Shown here: piece by piece, positions 50,376-64,000 of the stretch | Position numbering within the stretch: position 1 is the first letter of the stretch | Layout: every line of letters begins with the position of its first letter | From: Marsupella aquatica | Lineage: Eukaryota > Plantae > Marchantiophyta | Length of the DNA stretch: 64,000 bases | Direction: 5' to 3' | NCBI GenBank assembly: GCA_973895155.1 | Contig: OZ316894.1 | Span: forward strand, 12,936,828-13,000,827 | Notes under the pieces: generated by a model | The model's database searches: none | The model's input: only the letters and a program-made list of their open reading frames with translations | Told to the model about the DNA's origin: nothing | Translations under genes and position numbers: made by a program

Positions 50376-52024
50376 TCAATAAAGAACTTCATCATGTACA
50401 TCATTTTTGGTCAAGCTTGCATGACCCTCCTCGAAATCTGGAAGCAAAACCTTAATACTTCTAGGCGATGTTGCTCTTGAGAATGCTACGTACAACTGGT
50501 CGTGACTAAATACAGGTTTTGAAAGTTGCAACCCTACATGTTCTAAAGTTTGACCTTGAGCCTTGTTGATGGTCATTGCATATGCCACTCGGATGGGAAA
50601 TTGGACCCTACGTAATACAAAAGGAAGTGATTCATCAGACGTCAACGGAATGCGTGGGATGAACGTAATAGTTCCCGCATATTTTCTTGCAAGGACTGGT
50701 GCCTCAATGACACAACGATTCATGGATCTCACAATGAGCCTTGTACCATTACATAATCCAAGCGAGTGATCTATATTCCTTAGCAAGATTATAGGGCATC
50801 CAACCTTCAATACCAGCTTGTGAGGTGGTAAACCACTCGGTGTTAGCGTATTCAAGAACTCCGTAGGATAAAAATTCTCCCCTTCCAGTTGGTCCGGATG
50901 ATCGACGCTTAAAAACTCCTTTGACTCCCTAGGAAGTCCTTCTAGAATGCAATTGTTGATTTTGAGCGCCTCATCGTTGGTTGGCGCCAGGATAGTCCTC
51001 TTGCTTAAGAACTTATCATCCACGTTTAAAAGAGATGGGTACGTAGATTTCACTAATCAAAGATTCCACACATCCTCCCTCCACCACCATAGACTCCGGA
51101 CATGTAATAAGGTTATTTGAAGGTCCCTGCTTTGGGAGTTTGTCATCGCCCAATGCAAGAAGCCACTCTGCAAATGTAATCTTGATTGCCAAACTCAGGA
51201 GACGCTGAAGTTCCTCTTGCCCGCATATTCTCTGTTAGTTTGTACGTTTGTATACTACTCCATATGTGGGATTTCTTCAAACACGACCCCACAATCTCCG
51301 GACGACTGGCCCTTGCCTTCACAGGAAGTACTTGACAAAAATCTTTTGCAAACACAACCACAACTCCTCCAAAAACTTGGTCACAATCTCGAATGTCACA
51401 TAGCATTCTATCCAACGCCTCAACTCCATGCCGATGAATCATGGGTGCTTCATCCCATAAAACAAAGGTGGCCCTCTGTAACAATCCACCAAGGTTAGAT
51501 TGTTTTTGAATAGCACACGTTGATATTGAGATCGGTTTCAACAAAAGCTTGAATCATGAATAAGCAATGCGCCCTCCATCTGACAAAAGACCTGCAATAC
51601 CCAAGGAAGCCACAGCCAATGCCACATCCCCATCTGCACGCACTCTCCTCAATAGAATATTCTCAAGAAATGTTTTTCCCGTCCCCCCTGGCCCATCAAC
51701 AAAAAATGTTCCTCCTTCTCGAGCCCTCACCGCTGCAAGTATTGCAGTGTAGGCTCCCCTTTGGCTGTCATTTAATAATGGCTCTTGTTCTGCAAGTTGT
51801 TGAAGAAGTGCATCAATCGGGTAGCATGTCTCCTCCCGTATCAAGCAATTCCTATTTTTTGGTTTTTCAAAAAATTGCATACTTGGAACCGGAAGACCAA
51901 ACCCCAACAATGTTTTACCAATACTTTTCAAAGCCTCATTGGTCAAATATAGGGCAAAGCCCTGTTGTTGCTCCTCAGTGGGATCCAAAAAAACCCATTG
52001 AACGTAGACAATAGCAACAATCAT
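50376..52024 (-). pseudogene. Helitron PIF1 helicase remnant (copy 2)
   Basis: Duplicate of 20782-22430. Confidence 0.9.
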
Positions 52025-53908
52025 CGCTCAAATTGGATGCATGTTGGGTCCACAGGTCGCACGGTGTCCTAAGGATAAGCAAAAAGGTGGAAAAGATCTT
52101 GAGAAACACGCTAGATTGCCTGCTTGAGATAGTAGACCAACAAGACAACTCTAAGCATCACAAAATTATCCACCTCATCCATAGCCAAAGCAAAGTAACT
52201 CATCCATTTACAAAATTGAGGACAACTTCTCCTCAATAATCAAATTAATATAACTATAGGTTTTTCTAAGTCAAAAGTAGGTCTCCATCAAGACCCTCCT
52301 AGCAAGTAACACCAAGTAGTATGTATAAGATTGCATCTCAATCCCTCCAACAAGTCTATCAAAAACAAGGCTTCAAAATAGCCTATCTACTCTTGTCCTA
52401 CACCATCATAACAACTTCAAGAACTTCAACTCTCAAGCAAGCAAAGCCTCAACCATGGAAAAAAGTTCTTCCCCTTCCATACTCCTTACTTATCATCCTT
52501 CAATGTTTCCTTCTCCCAAACTGAGTGGAAAATTGGTCAGCGCTTCCGCACAAGAGTGAAGCCAATAATTTCCACCTTACCTTCAATGTTCTAGATATTG
52601 GGTAAGGATTGCAACAAAGGTGCCCCTTCCAAGCTACACAGACCCCCAAGGCAAGACAAATCCACACCGGTAGGTGAATGAACAAGTCAATTACCAAGGC
52701 AGATGCACTCAAGGTTAGGCAACACACCTCCAAGCACACATAAGCCCAATTCCTTCACATCTACTTCCCTAGGTCCTTCTTCCATCAAAGAAACTACCTC
52801 CCAACTCTCAACTAGGCCCTTCAAACATTAGGCACCTAGAAGAGAGGAGCTATGGCTCTTTTACTCACAATCATGGCAATATCTCTCTTCCCCACCTCCA
52901 AGCTCTCAACTCTGAGAAAGTGAGAATGAAGAATGATCCCCTCCTTCCCTCCAAGCTCTCCCTTAAGCCCCTGACCTGCCTCCCCCATCAGAATTTGCAA
53001 CTTCCTCCTCCAGCCCACTTCACACCAACCAAGCACTTGGTAGCAATTCACTAGCAGCCCAACAACTGCCCGCCACCTCTCCACCATAAACGAGGCACTA
53101 AATCCAAGTGAATGTTAAGCAAATAGGGACCAGACAACAGCAAAACCATGGACCAATCTCAATCCAACCTGAACTCGAGCTCCAACCACCCTCCAAGCTT
53201 CCCCAACACTTGTCAAGGCCTAACTTGCACTAGTCCAACTAGCTTTTGCCACCTCTATGGGGTATAGCCACCAAGACAGAAAACAGGAAAACAGGAATTC
53301 TGGTAGCAAATTTGTTTTTGCTGTTATCAGGAATATGTTGTTGTTACCTAGAAAAGTTAGTCATTGGAACAGGATAATCTGAAAAAAAGCAATATGCATT
53401 GCGCTTCATTTACATTCTAGAGCTTAGAACCAACTAACATGGCAACAATTGTTGTCTGATGATAAGTGAGTCCGGAATCACCAACATACTTCTGGAAAAT
53501 AGTGTCCCAAGAACCACAGACACACAACCATTAACCAGTGAATGCCATGAGAAAAAACATTGACATGGTAGGTCCCACCATAATTAACTTAATATTATAG
53601 GCCAACAATAAGGCAGAAAACCACAAATGAAAACTTCGGACAACAATAAGAAAGACCACCAACGATGGGCTAGCGCCTGGCGCTAGCTAAAATGGAAACA
53701 ACCAACACATTTAGAAATGACATTGGATGAATGCAGAATGTGGCAAACAAAAATTTAAAATATCATTTGTAGTGATAGGATTACAATGGAGTAAATGATA
53801 ATAAGGAAGACTTCCATCCCAGCGCCAGGCGCTAACACAAAATTATACCGTTGTAATACGACAAAAACTAATATAACCGTTTCGAGTATAGGACAAATAT
53901 ATCATTCT

Positions 53909-56900
53909 CTATAAACCATGAGCATTCTCCCTTTCCAAGATCAGTCGGACTTCTCCAACTATGAGAATTGGTTGGCTGGTCAAAGTAGATTCCTCAATGT
54001 CTAGTTTGAAAACGGTCTGGAAAACCCAGTACAAATGTTTGCAAGGCATATATGGATATCTGTGAGAATGTCGACGATAGAAATCCTCACAAGAACAAGT
54101 CAAGAAAATACAAATCTGCACAAAGTAACTATTCGGCGTCCTTAGATTCTCATGTGTTTGTACTTTGAATTGCTTCCCCCATGAGTTCCCAATAGAAACA
54201 TCCCACTGTCCCTGGACGGACATGGTCTCTTTTCTTGCAGATTCAATCCTCTTCATGTGACCATGGGTCAAGGTCGATCGAGGAACCGTGTTCTTTCCAT
54301 TCCGACTCCGGAGACGAACAGTGGGTTCCAGAAGATTGACTCTCTCTGGAAATAAGTTTACGTTGATTCGAAGATTGAAAAGTGATGGTGGAGGTAGAGG
54401 ACCGTCTCTTCCTTGGGCTATAGGTATTCCCTGGTCAACAAGATACTTCATCTCAGCTTCCGAAACATTTGTTCCTTTTATAACAAGAAGAACATCAGGA
54501 AAGGAGGGCAGGCTCACTACACCACGGCGGGGACGGCTCCGATAACATGTGTTGTTTGGGCAGAACCATATCATTTTGGCTATGGGTTCCCTCTTGAACA
54601 TGCGTTGTCCTTTGACAACAATGCCGATGACACCGTTTGATGAGGGGAACCCAACTTTCTTCACTCTATTTTGACACTCATCTCTCTCGGAACTACCACC
54701 AAATGACGCGTTGCACTGTGAACCGGCCCCAAATCTTGATGTCCGACGCAGATGCCCTAAACCCTCACTAAACCCTATGCCATGAACCTTGCATGACTTC
54801 TGTTTCAAGAACTGGAGATTGGAGCGATGTCTGCTAAAGTACAATGGGAGCGCTTTGTGGGTATTGTGTTGAACATGATTGATGTCGACCATGCGGTGTA
54901 CTGAAATCATCACGTTCTGCATCCCTCGAATCATCACTTCCTGAGAGATTGACAACGGACATGTCATCAGGTTTTTCTTCCGATACGGAAGCAAACATTG
55001 TGTGGTGCAGATTTTTACGCTTGAGTGATCTGGTATTCAGTGATGTGATAAGGACTTTATCATGCCGGTGGGAGTCTTGTGGCGAGACAATCCCAGTTGC
55101 AAGTCCTTTCCTCTTGACAGACTTTGTTAGAACATCTCCGTTGAGAGGAACGCTTCTCTCCAAGTCAAACTCAGCTGCATTGGAGAGGAGCATGTTCATC
55201 GCATCCTCGAACAGCTTTGGGGAACCTGCCTGGTCAACTGAATGGAAAGCCAGTTCCCATATTGTAGGACCTCTTCCTCTACTCAATCCTTTCCGATATG
55301 CGGTATATGCTGCAACCTGAGATATAGCTCGAATCTGATCCATTCACATGCCTCGAAGAGCCCCACTTTTTTTCATTACCCATGCTTTCATTCCTGCGTG
55401 AACAGACTCTGATCCGGTATAGTTAGGAATCCTAGCGCCTTCTTCAGCACTTTTGTCCTAGAACGACAAAGCATAAACACTAGTAAGAATCCGCAAAACA
55501 TACTAGCGCCAGGCGCTAGGCAGAACATTTCGACAAAACCATCAATATTATTGTGTAATCACATGTTTATGAAAATAAACAGGTCAATATTTGAGAATCA
55601 ATGACATTATTTGGATTCTTTGGATGGAATGTTGAGGAATGTCATCTGAAAAATGTACTTCTACAAAGGAATCTGATTTACATATTACTAGCGCCAGGCG
55701 CTATTACTCACCAAGCGAATAAAATTTCCCCACTGCCTCCAACGCACGACCCACCACGATATCCAACTTTGAAGCATTCGGAGCTTTCCAGGTAAGCAGT
55801 TACCCGACTGCCACCATAGGTCAATCTCTCTTGAAAGTTGGTAAGCCTCTACAAATGTTGGTGCGTTCCGTAATTTATCCCATAGCATTCGATGTTCCAC
55901 CTGCTTCTCTTCCAACACTCCTTCAACAGAATGGCGATGAAAAGCTTGGTAAAAATCAAAAGCTTCCATCCTCTCCCGTTCAGGGTTTGGGTGCCCTCCG
56001 AAAAAAACATTATGGACTGCTAACCATCCGGCTTGGGCATTGTCTGCCATGAAGCCATGAATGGTTGGATTGTCTAACCCATTCTCTTTGGAAACCTCAA
56101 TCATTAATCTCCAAGCCTTCTCGAACGACGCCGTGTCCTCAGCTTTTAGCTTGCAAGTAAATATTGTACACAATGCGCGGTAATTGTGATCGTAAACGTG
56201 TGCGCTGAAAGTCACCCAATCCTTGGCCATTCGTTTCATGACATCGAAGCTTACCCAGGCACCTTCAAGCATCCCTCCAGGTTGCATTTGCCGCAAAAGA
56301 TCCACCCCAGACCCATGGCCTTTGGAAGTCATCTTAAATATGTGAGGTCTGTCTTCTTGAGATCCTTGACCTGGAAGGATGTACCTTTGTAGAAAAGGCA
56401 TGTTGATATTCTTTTGATACCGAACAAGAAAATCCAACTCTCCACGGCCTTTTTGGTCCTGCCTAACACTCCTGAAAAGAGATGCAAACTTCTGTGGAGT
56501 AGAAACTACCATTAGAGACTGGAAAATCTCTATCTCTTCGATATCTTCAATCTCACCCAGGCTCTCACACAAAGACTATACAAAAGATCCTGTCGCTACA
56601 TTTTTAATCCCGGCAGGCGTCCAAGTCGGATTGCCTTCCAATTTCTTTTTTATGACATCTTCAACTACCTTTTCCGCACTCCGAGAAAATACCTTACGAC
56701 AAGGATGATTGTGGGTACCCATATGAATCGCAAGGCGAGACATGTGACTACAGGTATCTGAGTCAAGCAGAACTTGAGGATACATATAAAACAGTCTTGC
56801 AGAGCATGTCTCTACACAAAAAGAGAGCTGCTAGCAATAATGACAAACAACTCCACCCTGCTCAATGAACGATCCAACACGGTGAGAGCCTCCAAGTTTT

Positions 56901-57696
56901 GGGGTACCAGCCCATGCCTTTGCATTCCTCCTCTTCTTTCGGCGGAAGTAGTCACAAGTTTTATTCATGCACTCAATAAATCCAGTACAAGTGACTTTAC
57001 CAAATTCCCAGTATTTCTTGGGCTGCACGTTTGCAGTGGTAGGAAATATTCTAGTCCAGATGTAGCAATCCTTGGTTCGGTCCATGTCCCGTAGACGGGA
57101 TCCTTTTGAAAGAATTCCCGACGATGGAGGCAACTCAAACACTACATTTCCATTGTACTTCGGAGGCAAACAAGGTACTTGTTCATGCCGGAAGTTTCCA
57201 GTCGCAATGAACCTCGAAAGTTTGTTGGACCCAGTTGACTTGAGCAGCGCGTCCATTGCACTTCTCCGGTATACAATATGGGATTTTGATGATGGCATCT
57301 CCTCTTTGACCAAGACCACGTCAGGCACCAAAGGCTCCACAAAGGGGATCCTTGGTGGCTCCTCATCATCACTATCGGAAAGAGTAACTACATCCACCGG
57401 ATCCCTCTGAGGGGATTGCCGATCTCCTTGATTTGGTTCCCGAATGATAATGGAGTAGCGCAACCCAACATTAAGGTGCCAGAATCTCACCCCATCATTG
57501 ACATCAAAAAGTGCGACAGATTCGAAGTCATTGGCTTCCGTTCCCTCCTGAACGATTCCTCTATGTCATTCATGCGCAAATCAAACCTTCCACAAAGATA
57601 AAGCTCACTTATTTGCCTGTACCTTTCGGCCACAGACACTGGAATGGAAACAATGTCACCGGTGGACATACGGGTAACTACGATTGACTGAGACAT
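53909..57696 (-). pseudogene. GCM/DDE/SWIM MULE-type transposase (copy 2)
   Basis: Duplicate of 24315-28102 with the same disablements. Confidence 0.8.
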
Positions 57697-58879
57697 CACA
57701 GAAGCCTCGGAAGCGAATGAGCGCAGGAAAATTATGAATCAAAATTCCACTAGCGAGGACTGTTATTGATCCTGACTAACAGTTCCCTAAAGCCATTATA
57801 ATAAGACAATCCTCTGACACCATAAATGTATTTTGTCATTATATCAACGTCATTTATGATCAACGTCATTTATGATCAACGTCATTTAGGAAGAACCCTT
57901 TTGTTCTAGAAATATCAGATGATGAATAGCGCCAGGCGCTATTAAAAACAATCCAAAAGTAAAGGCCCATATAGAGTCAATTTATGTGTAGCGCCTGGTG
58001 CTATTAATAACAATCCAAAAGTTTAGGTTCCGTCTAACGTCAATTTATGTGTAGCGCCAGGCGCTAATAAAAGCAAATGATATAAAACAAATTCCTAAAG
58101 GAGACACTGGATGATTAGCGCCAAGTGCTAATATTGATATCATTCATATTATGAACGTATACAATGGTAAAAACTTGAAGTAGGAGCCTTCAAAAGGCTA
58201 AAAAAGCTTTGTTTTTTGCTAGCACCGGGCGCTAGTTTTCTTTTGTATCAGAAATATGAGAAAACCGGATTTTTGGGAAAGTAATGGCGTATTAATGCCT
58301 CTTATGGCTCTATATTGAATTCCCAACTGACATAAAAATTGAAGATTTTAGGCCTTGGAAATTACTAGCGCCGGGCGCTACTATTTGGTGAGTAAAAATG
58401 AATTCAATATATTCTTAGGTTTTCCTTTCAACGGTCATATTCAACGGTAACTATAGGTTGCGTGACCCTCAATCCATCGATCCTCTTTGGTGTTGTCGAA
58501 TAAGATAACGACATGTGTCACAGATCCAGGCCAGGGGTTCAGTTTCCTTAGCGTATATGTCATGCTTTGTGCTCTAGATTCTTCTTATTTCCCATGTTAA
58601 GTACAGTATGATCGAAGCTATTTGACGGGTTTTTGCCATTTGCGGTACGGAAAGAGCGCGGTGGTCGTCAGTACTTCCTTCGCCCTTGTGCGAGCAATGG
58701 ACCTTGCCTTCTCCTCTCAATGATTTAGTGGAAACGGACACAAAGAGGTCATTCCCTCGCAAACATCTGAGTGCTCATTTTCAGGATCTGTGTATAGTCG
58801 TCGAGTGACTCAATCCACTGCTTCGCGAGCTCTTGAATCACAACCCGTTGTATCATTCCCGAAGAGCAAGAGAGGGAAG

Positions 58880-60194
58880 ATGGATGATTCTGATTCGTTT
58901 GCTATGGAGGACTTCGGAGAGACATCGCTTACTATTTGCAATGTGATCTCCAAACACATTATGTCATTTGGAAAAGATTTCCGAGGACATGACAAGGATC
59001 CGCCAAGGATTCCAATGTGCCGACTACTTCATATGGAAGTAGTGCGGATATTACAGAAGGGAAGTCCTTCGATAGAGAAGCTGAAAGACTCCTTTCAGAG
59101 CACAAGATACAATTCTAAGATCGGCATGCTATTTTACGTCCAACCAACAGATTCCAATGGAGAAGTCCACATCTGCACGCCTGAGATTCGTGCTTCCTAG
59201 GATGCAATTTGGGTCGTAGAGAACAAAAAGTTTGAGGCAGAATGTGCTGCAGACCCTGACTTTGCAATTTTGCAGGATAAGATGTTTTTTGTGTTTGATG
59301 AAACCATCAACTCTACACATGGTCCATCGTCACAAAGGAGAATCCGGATGATGTGAAATACCATCCAATGCACAATATTCAAGGGAGAAAAGGGGTCCTT
59401 GATCGAGATTGAGGCGGCGATGCACACTGTTAACCAGTAAGTGTCTCTTCCAACATATTTCTATTCTAATCTATGATCACACTACTGACTCCCTCTCTCG
59501 TTTTCAGGCTTGGGCAGGTAGTGGTCGAACCCTCTTGGATACTTGACGCAGACCGTATCAACCAAATTCTCTCGAATGAACTCGATTACTACAAGTCTAT
59601 CATTGACGTTGCAAACTTCAAGAAGTTTGGACAGATCATGCAGAAAACACGGAAGGGATCGTGGTATACCAAAAAAATGCCTCAAGAAGCGCTTCTATAC
59701 ATCTTGTGTGAGAATAAGATCAAGTCTTATTCTCGACAGTTTAAGATGGATCTGGAACATGCTGCCGCTCAGGGTACACCTTGGTCTCCCAGAGAGATTT
59801 CAAAAAGACATGCAGCGATGATGAAGGAGGCAACAAAGGATTGGGCGATAAAGGTGTCAAAAATCATTCCTCTATTAAGCCTCGCTTTTGAGGATTTCAT
59901 GCGGACATGTGCCAAGATGTACCCCCTCACAGAGAAGAATAAGAGAGAGAAGAAGTCGGATGCAGTTGTCTGTACAATGGATTGAGCAAGATTGTTTACC
60001 GTTGTCTCTGCCCTCGACCCCAAGCTAAGGAGTACCCTTCTGGTTGCCCATTGTACACCGGAGCCGAGGAAACAATTCTTCCATCCACAGAGCGTTAATG
60101 ACAATCCAGTGAAGCAATGGTGCCATACCTGGCAAACTTGGAACACTGTGGAGGGAATCGCTATTGGTTTGCTACAAACCTCCCTATGCCAGGT
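58880..60194 (+). pseudogene. ParB/Srx-like accessory gene (copy 2)
   Basis: Duplicate of 29286-30600. Confidence 0.65.
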
Positions 60195-60573
60195 TAGTGA
60201 TATAGTGTGACACGGGCAACGTGTCACTTGACCAAACCGAGGTCGAAGATTAGGACTTATACGGTCATAAGGACCGTAGCCATAGCGTAGAATAGCACGT
60301 ATAGCCGCCAAGTTGCCATTATGATTAGATTAGGAGTAGGTTAAGATAACCGAATAATTACGAGTTCAGGAAAGGGATTATTACGCACGACCGAGGTACG
60401 GTGGCGGCAGCGGAGTAAAAATCAGTTAGAAGAATCACGCTTGGACCGAGATGCCGACTTCAGCTTGTTATCAATGACCAAACGGCCTGACCTTCTCACG
60501 CTCGGGCTCGTCCTGGCACCCCCATAAGAGAGGAGCCGATGGCACTGCGGGCCATTCGCTCACGGTTACCTTT

Positions 60574-62535
60574 TTGGAATTCACGGACGCTGCCATCCGC
60601 TCGCCTTTTTTATTGAATCCAGTCGATCTTTACGAGGAAATTATCGAGGGAGAAGAGCAGAATGTGGTGAGATTTAGTCAGGACGAGCGAGGCCTCCGCG
60701 AAAAAGGACCAGCCAGGTGGGAACGTGGACGCAATGAACCAGACTACGAGGTTAGTATGACCCTCACAGCCTTGGGATTTTGGACCTTGTTTGGCGAGGT
60801 AGGTGCTAAGTTCTCCGAGACTTACTGGTACTCTTGCCCCGAGAAAGCCGCTTATGAACGAAGGTACGCGAAGCTGGTAACCAAGGTAGCACTGGTTAAT
60901 TGCGAAAGGACAGCCATCACCGGGGATTCTAGCTATAACGAGCTGCGAGACTACATCACCGAACTATATCTCAGCGAGGAAGGGCTTAGATCGGTAGCAG
61001 AGGTGATTCTTGAGGTTCCAGCTAAGTTCTTTAAGCTGAAGGGCAACCAGCGGCTTACTCGAGCGGAGTTCGACAAGATTCCGGGGTACCTAGACCAGCA
61101 GATCGCAACCGAAAAGCGCCAAGAAGACATCAGCAGACAACGGGAAGCGGCGTGTAATCTCACGTTCCTCGGGGAAAGCTCCAACGCCTTCAACTGGGAT
61201 ATGGCTACCCCAGCGCCTCAACCGATGACCACCGGAGTACCGCCGAACCAGTCCCAAGTCCGTCCAGTAATCAACGCGGAGTGTTCTTCGGGTTCCGAGC
61301 AAGCTAGTCCGCAACTCGAACAGCGTCCTCGTAAGCGGTCAAGGACTACGACGGCCCCCGAATCAACACGGACCGACGCCGCGCCTGCACCTACCCCGAC
61401 AAACCCCCCGACCAACCAGACCCGACGGCCCCCGGATAACCCGAAGTCCAACTTATTACAGGTAATCCGCATCCCCGAGGTAGTCTGGATCGCGATCAAG
61501 AAACTCGAACATGCGGACTATCTCAAGGAGCATCAGTTGGAGCGGTTCGCCCACTTACTATGGAGGCCATGCGCCACCGGGCCGAAGGAGATTTGTGAGT
61601 TTATCTCCAATTTCGACATTGATGCGTCGACCACCAAGGTTGCGGGGCAGACCTTATCACTCATGGAGCATCGGTTAACGCAAATTTTCGGCCTACCAAC
61701 CGGGCCGGTGCCGGTGGAAATCCGAATTTGGGATAAGGAGTATACGCCGCGGCACTTCAAACCCGAGGGTAAGACGGACAACGGATAGAAGCAGGGGGCG
61801 TGCACCAACTTAACCTGTATGGAGCGGCTTAACTTCATACGGACTACCCTACACATGATTGAGCCACGATCCGAGATTTCCCTCTGCACGATCGTGCAGG
61901 TGGAACAGTACAAACGACAAAACTGGGCCCAATTCTTCTACCAAAGATTCTCGGGGGAGCTGAAGCGGGCTCAGGGTGGTATGGCTATTGGAGGGAAGAC
62001 TTACTTGGGAAGTCATATCGCCATTATCCTTGCCTGGTACAAGGCACGGCGGGAGGCCAGAGGAAAGAATACGGCCACCTCAGCCCCGGGTAATGTCACC
62101 CCCGCCCTAGAGGAGGCAACCCCGACTACGCGGACTACTGTCCCTCGGACAAACCCCGAGCCGGAAGCCCCGACTAATACTCCGCAACCGCCCCCTGTGG
62201 AAATTCCACCGCCTCCTTCCGTTGAGCCTCCGCTACCTACAGTACAACCACCCCCAATCCCTCCACCACCTGAAGAAACCTTCCCCTCCCCAGCGCTGAC
62301 TACGGAGGAGCTCATTGCCCCTGCCGAGGAACCACCAGTACCCGAGAGGATGGAGGACTACCAAGTAGCCCCGGGGACCATGGCCTACGACCTGGTCCAG
62401 AAGTTTAGCCAGACTATCTCTCTGAAAAAAGGGTCCTTGCTCCAACTCTTCCCCAAAGATGCTGAGCGCCAACTCTCCACACATTTCCCCGTACTCCATG
62501 GCTCTATTTTTAGCATAGGTGGAGGAAGTAGAAGT
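60574..62535 (+). pseudogene. PMD-like extra ORF (copy 2), truncated before the coiled coil
   Basis: Duplicate of 30980-32941. Confidence 0.55.
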
Positions 62536-63981
62536 CATCGACATCATCCACCGCGGCCTGTGCTCCCAAGCCGCCTTGCGGATCTCTTCTATTGTGGCTG
62601 GAGGGATGCTTCGTTTTTCTGCAAGCCGCCTGATGTCCTCTGGCCATTCTCCTCCTGGTAAATCCTTTTCCCTAGCCAGGGCTCTCTCCTCTTCCTCCCT
62701 GATTTGCTCCTGAAATTCCTGCACCGTTTGTTTTATGCCGTCAAAGCTCGGGGGAGCAACATCTGGTGGGGGAGACTCGGGGCTGCTCTGCTGGCTTGGG
62801 TCTCCTCGAACTACTCTTGGGAGCGTGGGGATGAACCGGCCACAGGTCCTTACTCCTGGAACATGATGATCCGACCCGTAGCCGGAGTCATCATTGCTGT
62901 AGTCCTCTACCGCCTCCTCCTCGGCTTGGACTACCGGCTTCTCTCGCTGTTCTCCTGGTTTTGTTGTGAACACGGCTTCACCTCTCACCGGTCTTGGTTC
63001 CTCCTCCGGCTTCCGTGTTGATCTCTTGTTCTCCTTGTCGTGGTCGGGAGCTACGGCCTGCTTCTCCTCGGCTTCGGGACTTGAGGCTCCGACATACATC
63101 CGGACTCCCGGCTCATGTTCCGGCCTCCTTCTCTCCTTGACCCCAGTAAAGGGGTTTTCCCTTGTGAGCCGGCTTAGGCCCACCTCTGGATCAGTGTCCT
63201 GCATTGGTGTCGTTGTCGTTGCCATTGCCGTTCTCTTTTCCTTCTCCAGTAATTTCAGCAGATTCTGCATGCCTGGTTGCTGCATCGACAAGTCCTCCGT
63301 CCTTGGCCTAAACACTTGCTCGATTGTAGGACTGTCGGGCGGGTTGGGTTTCTCCATTGCCGGCGTCTGCTCCGAGACCTCCTCCGGTGCTCTTGCCGAT
63401 AGGGGAAGTACTGGGGCAAAGATTTGACTTCTGGCATACCGGCACAACAGCGGCATGTGATAGCCAAGCCGGGACACGCTTCCCACGCCAACCACCTGCT
63501 GTTCCTCCTTCAAGATTTTCTTCAGTTGGTTGAGGAGATACCCGTTGTAATCCCGGCTTGGGTCTGGCCTTTCTGCCAGGTAGACCTGAGCCTTGCCGAT
63601 CTCTGCCCTCGGCAAGTTACAGTGCATGGTTACCCACAAGAAATCGATCATCTCTCCGATGTGCGGGTTGGTGCAGGTGTTCCGGAAGAAGCCATTCTTT
63701 GTTGATGGTCCTGGGAACGACCAAAACTCCTTGTCAGGTAAGGTCTTCCTGGTATCAACCTTGGTCTTATTACCCATCGGCAAGCCAAACACTTCAGCAA
63801 TCACCCGGGGAGTGAGATAGAATTCCTTCCCATACACCCTTGTGGAATTGGTCTCGGACTCCCATGATCCCACGAATTCTAACAAGTCTGAGTCCGGCAC
63901 CTCCGGCTTCAGCCATGGTAATCTTACGAAGGCTTCCAAGCCGGATCCGGCCATGAAGCCTTGGTACTTCTTGGTCTGCAT
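62536..63981 (-). CDS. Second, divergent PMD/transposase_32-like retroelement ORF, truncated at the duplication junction
   Basis: 'GLEAFVRLPW…LLEFVGSW…RVYGKEFYLTPRVIAEVFGLP' parallels the core of the 31-kb ORF; open for more than 480 codons. Confidence 0.55.
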
Positions 63982-64000
63982 AGCTGTAAAGCATGCATCC

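Larger units (their letters stand above)
50242..62535 (+). repeat. 12,294-bp duplicated block, copy 2
   Basis: Matches 20648-32941; roughly 30 substitutions and no indel noticed by eye. Confidence 0.97.

Noticed and set aside
50242-50382. C-terminal extension of the gypsy integrase ORF
   Set aside because: The frame simply runs into the duplicated block; it is not a chromodomain.
20648-62535. The two 12.3-kb repeats as giant LTRs of one mega-retrotransposon
   Set aside because: There are no TG…CA ends, no PBS after copy 1, no PPT before copy 2 and no TSD. The internal gypsy has its own LTR end and PBS at about 40495.
62233-62535. C-terminal ~100 aa of the 582-aa ORF as a genuine domain
   Set aside because: It is the antisense read-through of the duplicated block beyond the junction.

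Overview
Eukaryotic land-plant genomic DNA. GT-AG introns and the transposable element (TE) lineages suggest a non-seed plant such as a bryophyte or fern, but that is inference. The only recognisable host gene is a 10-exon nucleoporin NUP88/MOS7 gene on the minus strand (about 1.4-6.6 kb). From about 7 kb onward the window is nested TEs: a GATA-rich minisatellite, a decayed L1-type LINE, a near-intact Bianca-type Ty1/copia element (140-bp LTRs, AAAAG target-site duplication [TSD], half-tRNA-Ile primer-binding site [PBS]), Helitron PIF1 helicase remnants, plant-mobile-domain (PMD)-like ORFs, further copia and gypsy fragments, and a Ty3/gypsy element interrupted by a 3.8-kb solo-LTR-like insertion. 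A 12.3-kb block (20648-32941) is repeated almost identically at 50242-62535. The best candidate for an undescribed system is a Mutator-like DNA transposon. It carries a GCM-zinc-finger/DDE/SWIM transposase, a divergently transcribed ParB/Srx-fold-like partner gene, and about 10 copies of a 15-bp palindrome (TAGCGCC-N-GGCGCTA) confined to its non-coding DNA, an arrangement reminiscent of parB/parS or of VANC anti-silencing. Also notable are a 265-bp LTR-PBS-R/U5 insertion that looks like an integrated reverse-transcription intermediate, and a textbook -1 ribosomal frameshift cassette between gypsy protease and RT. All calls were made by eye, with no database searches.
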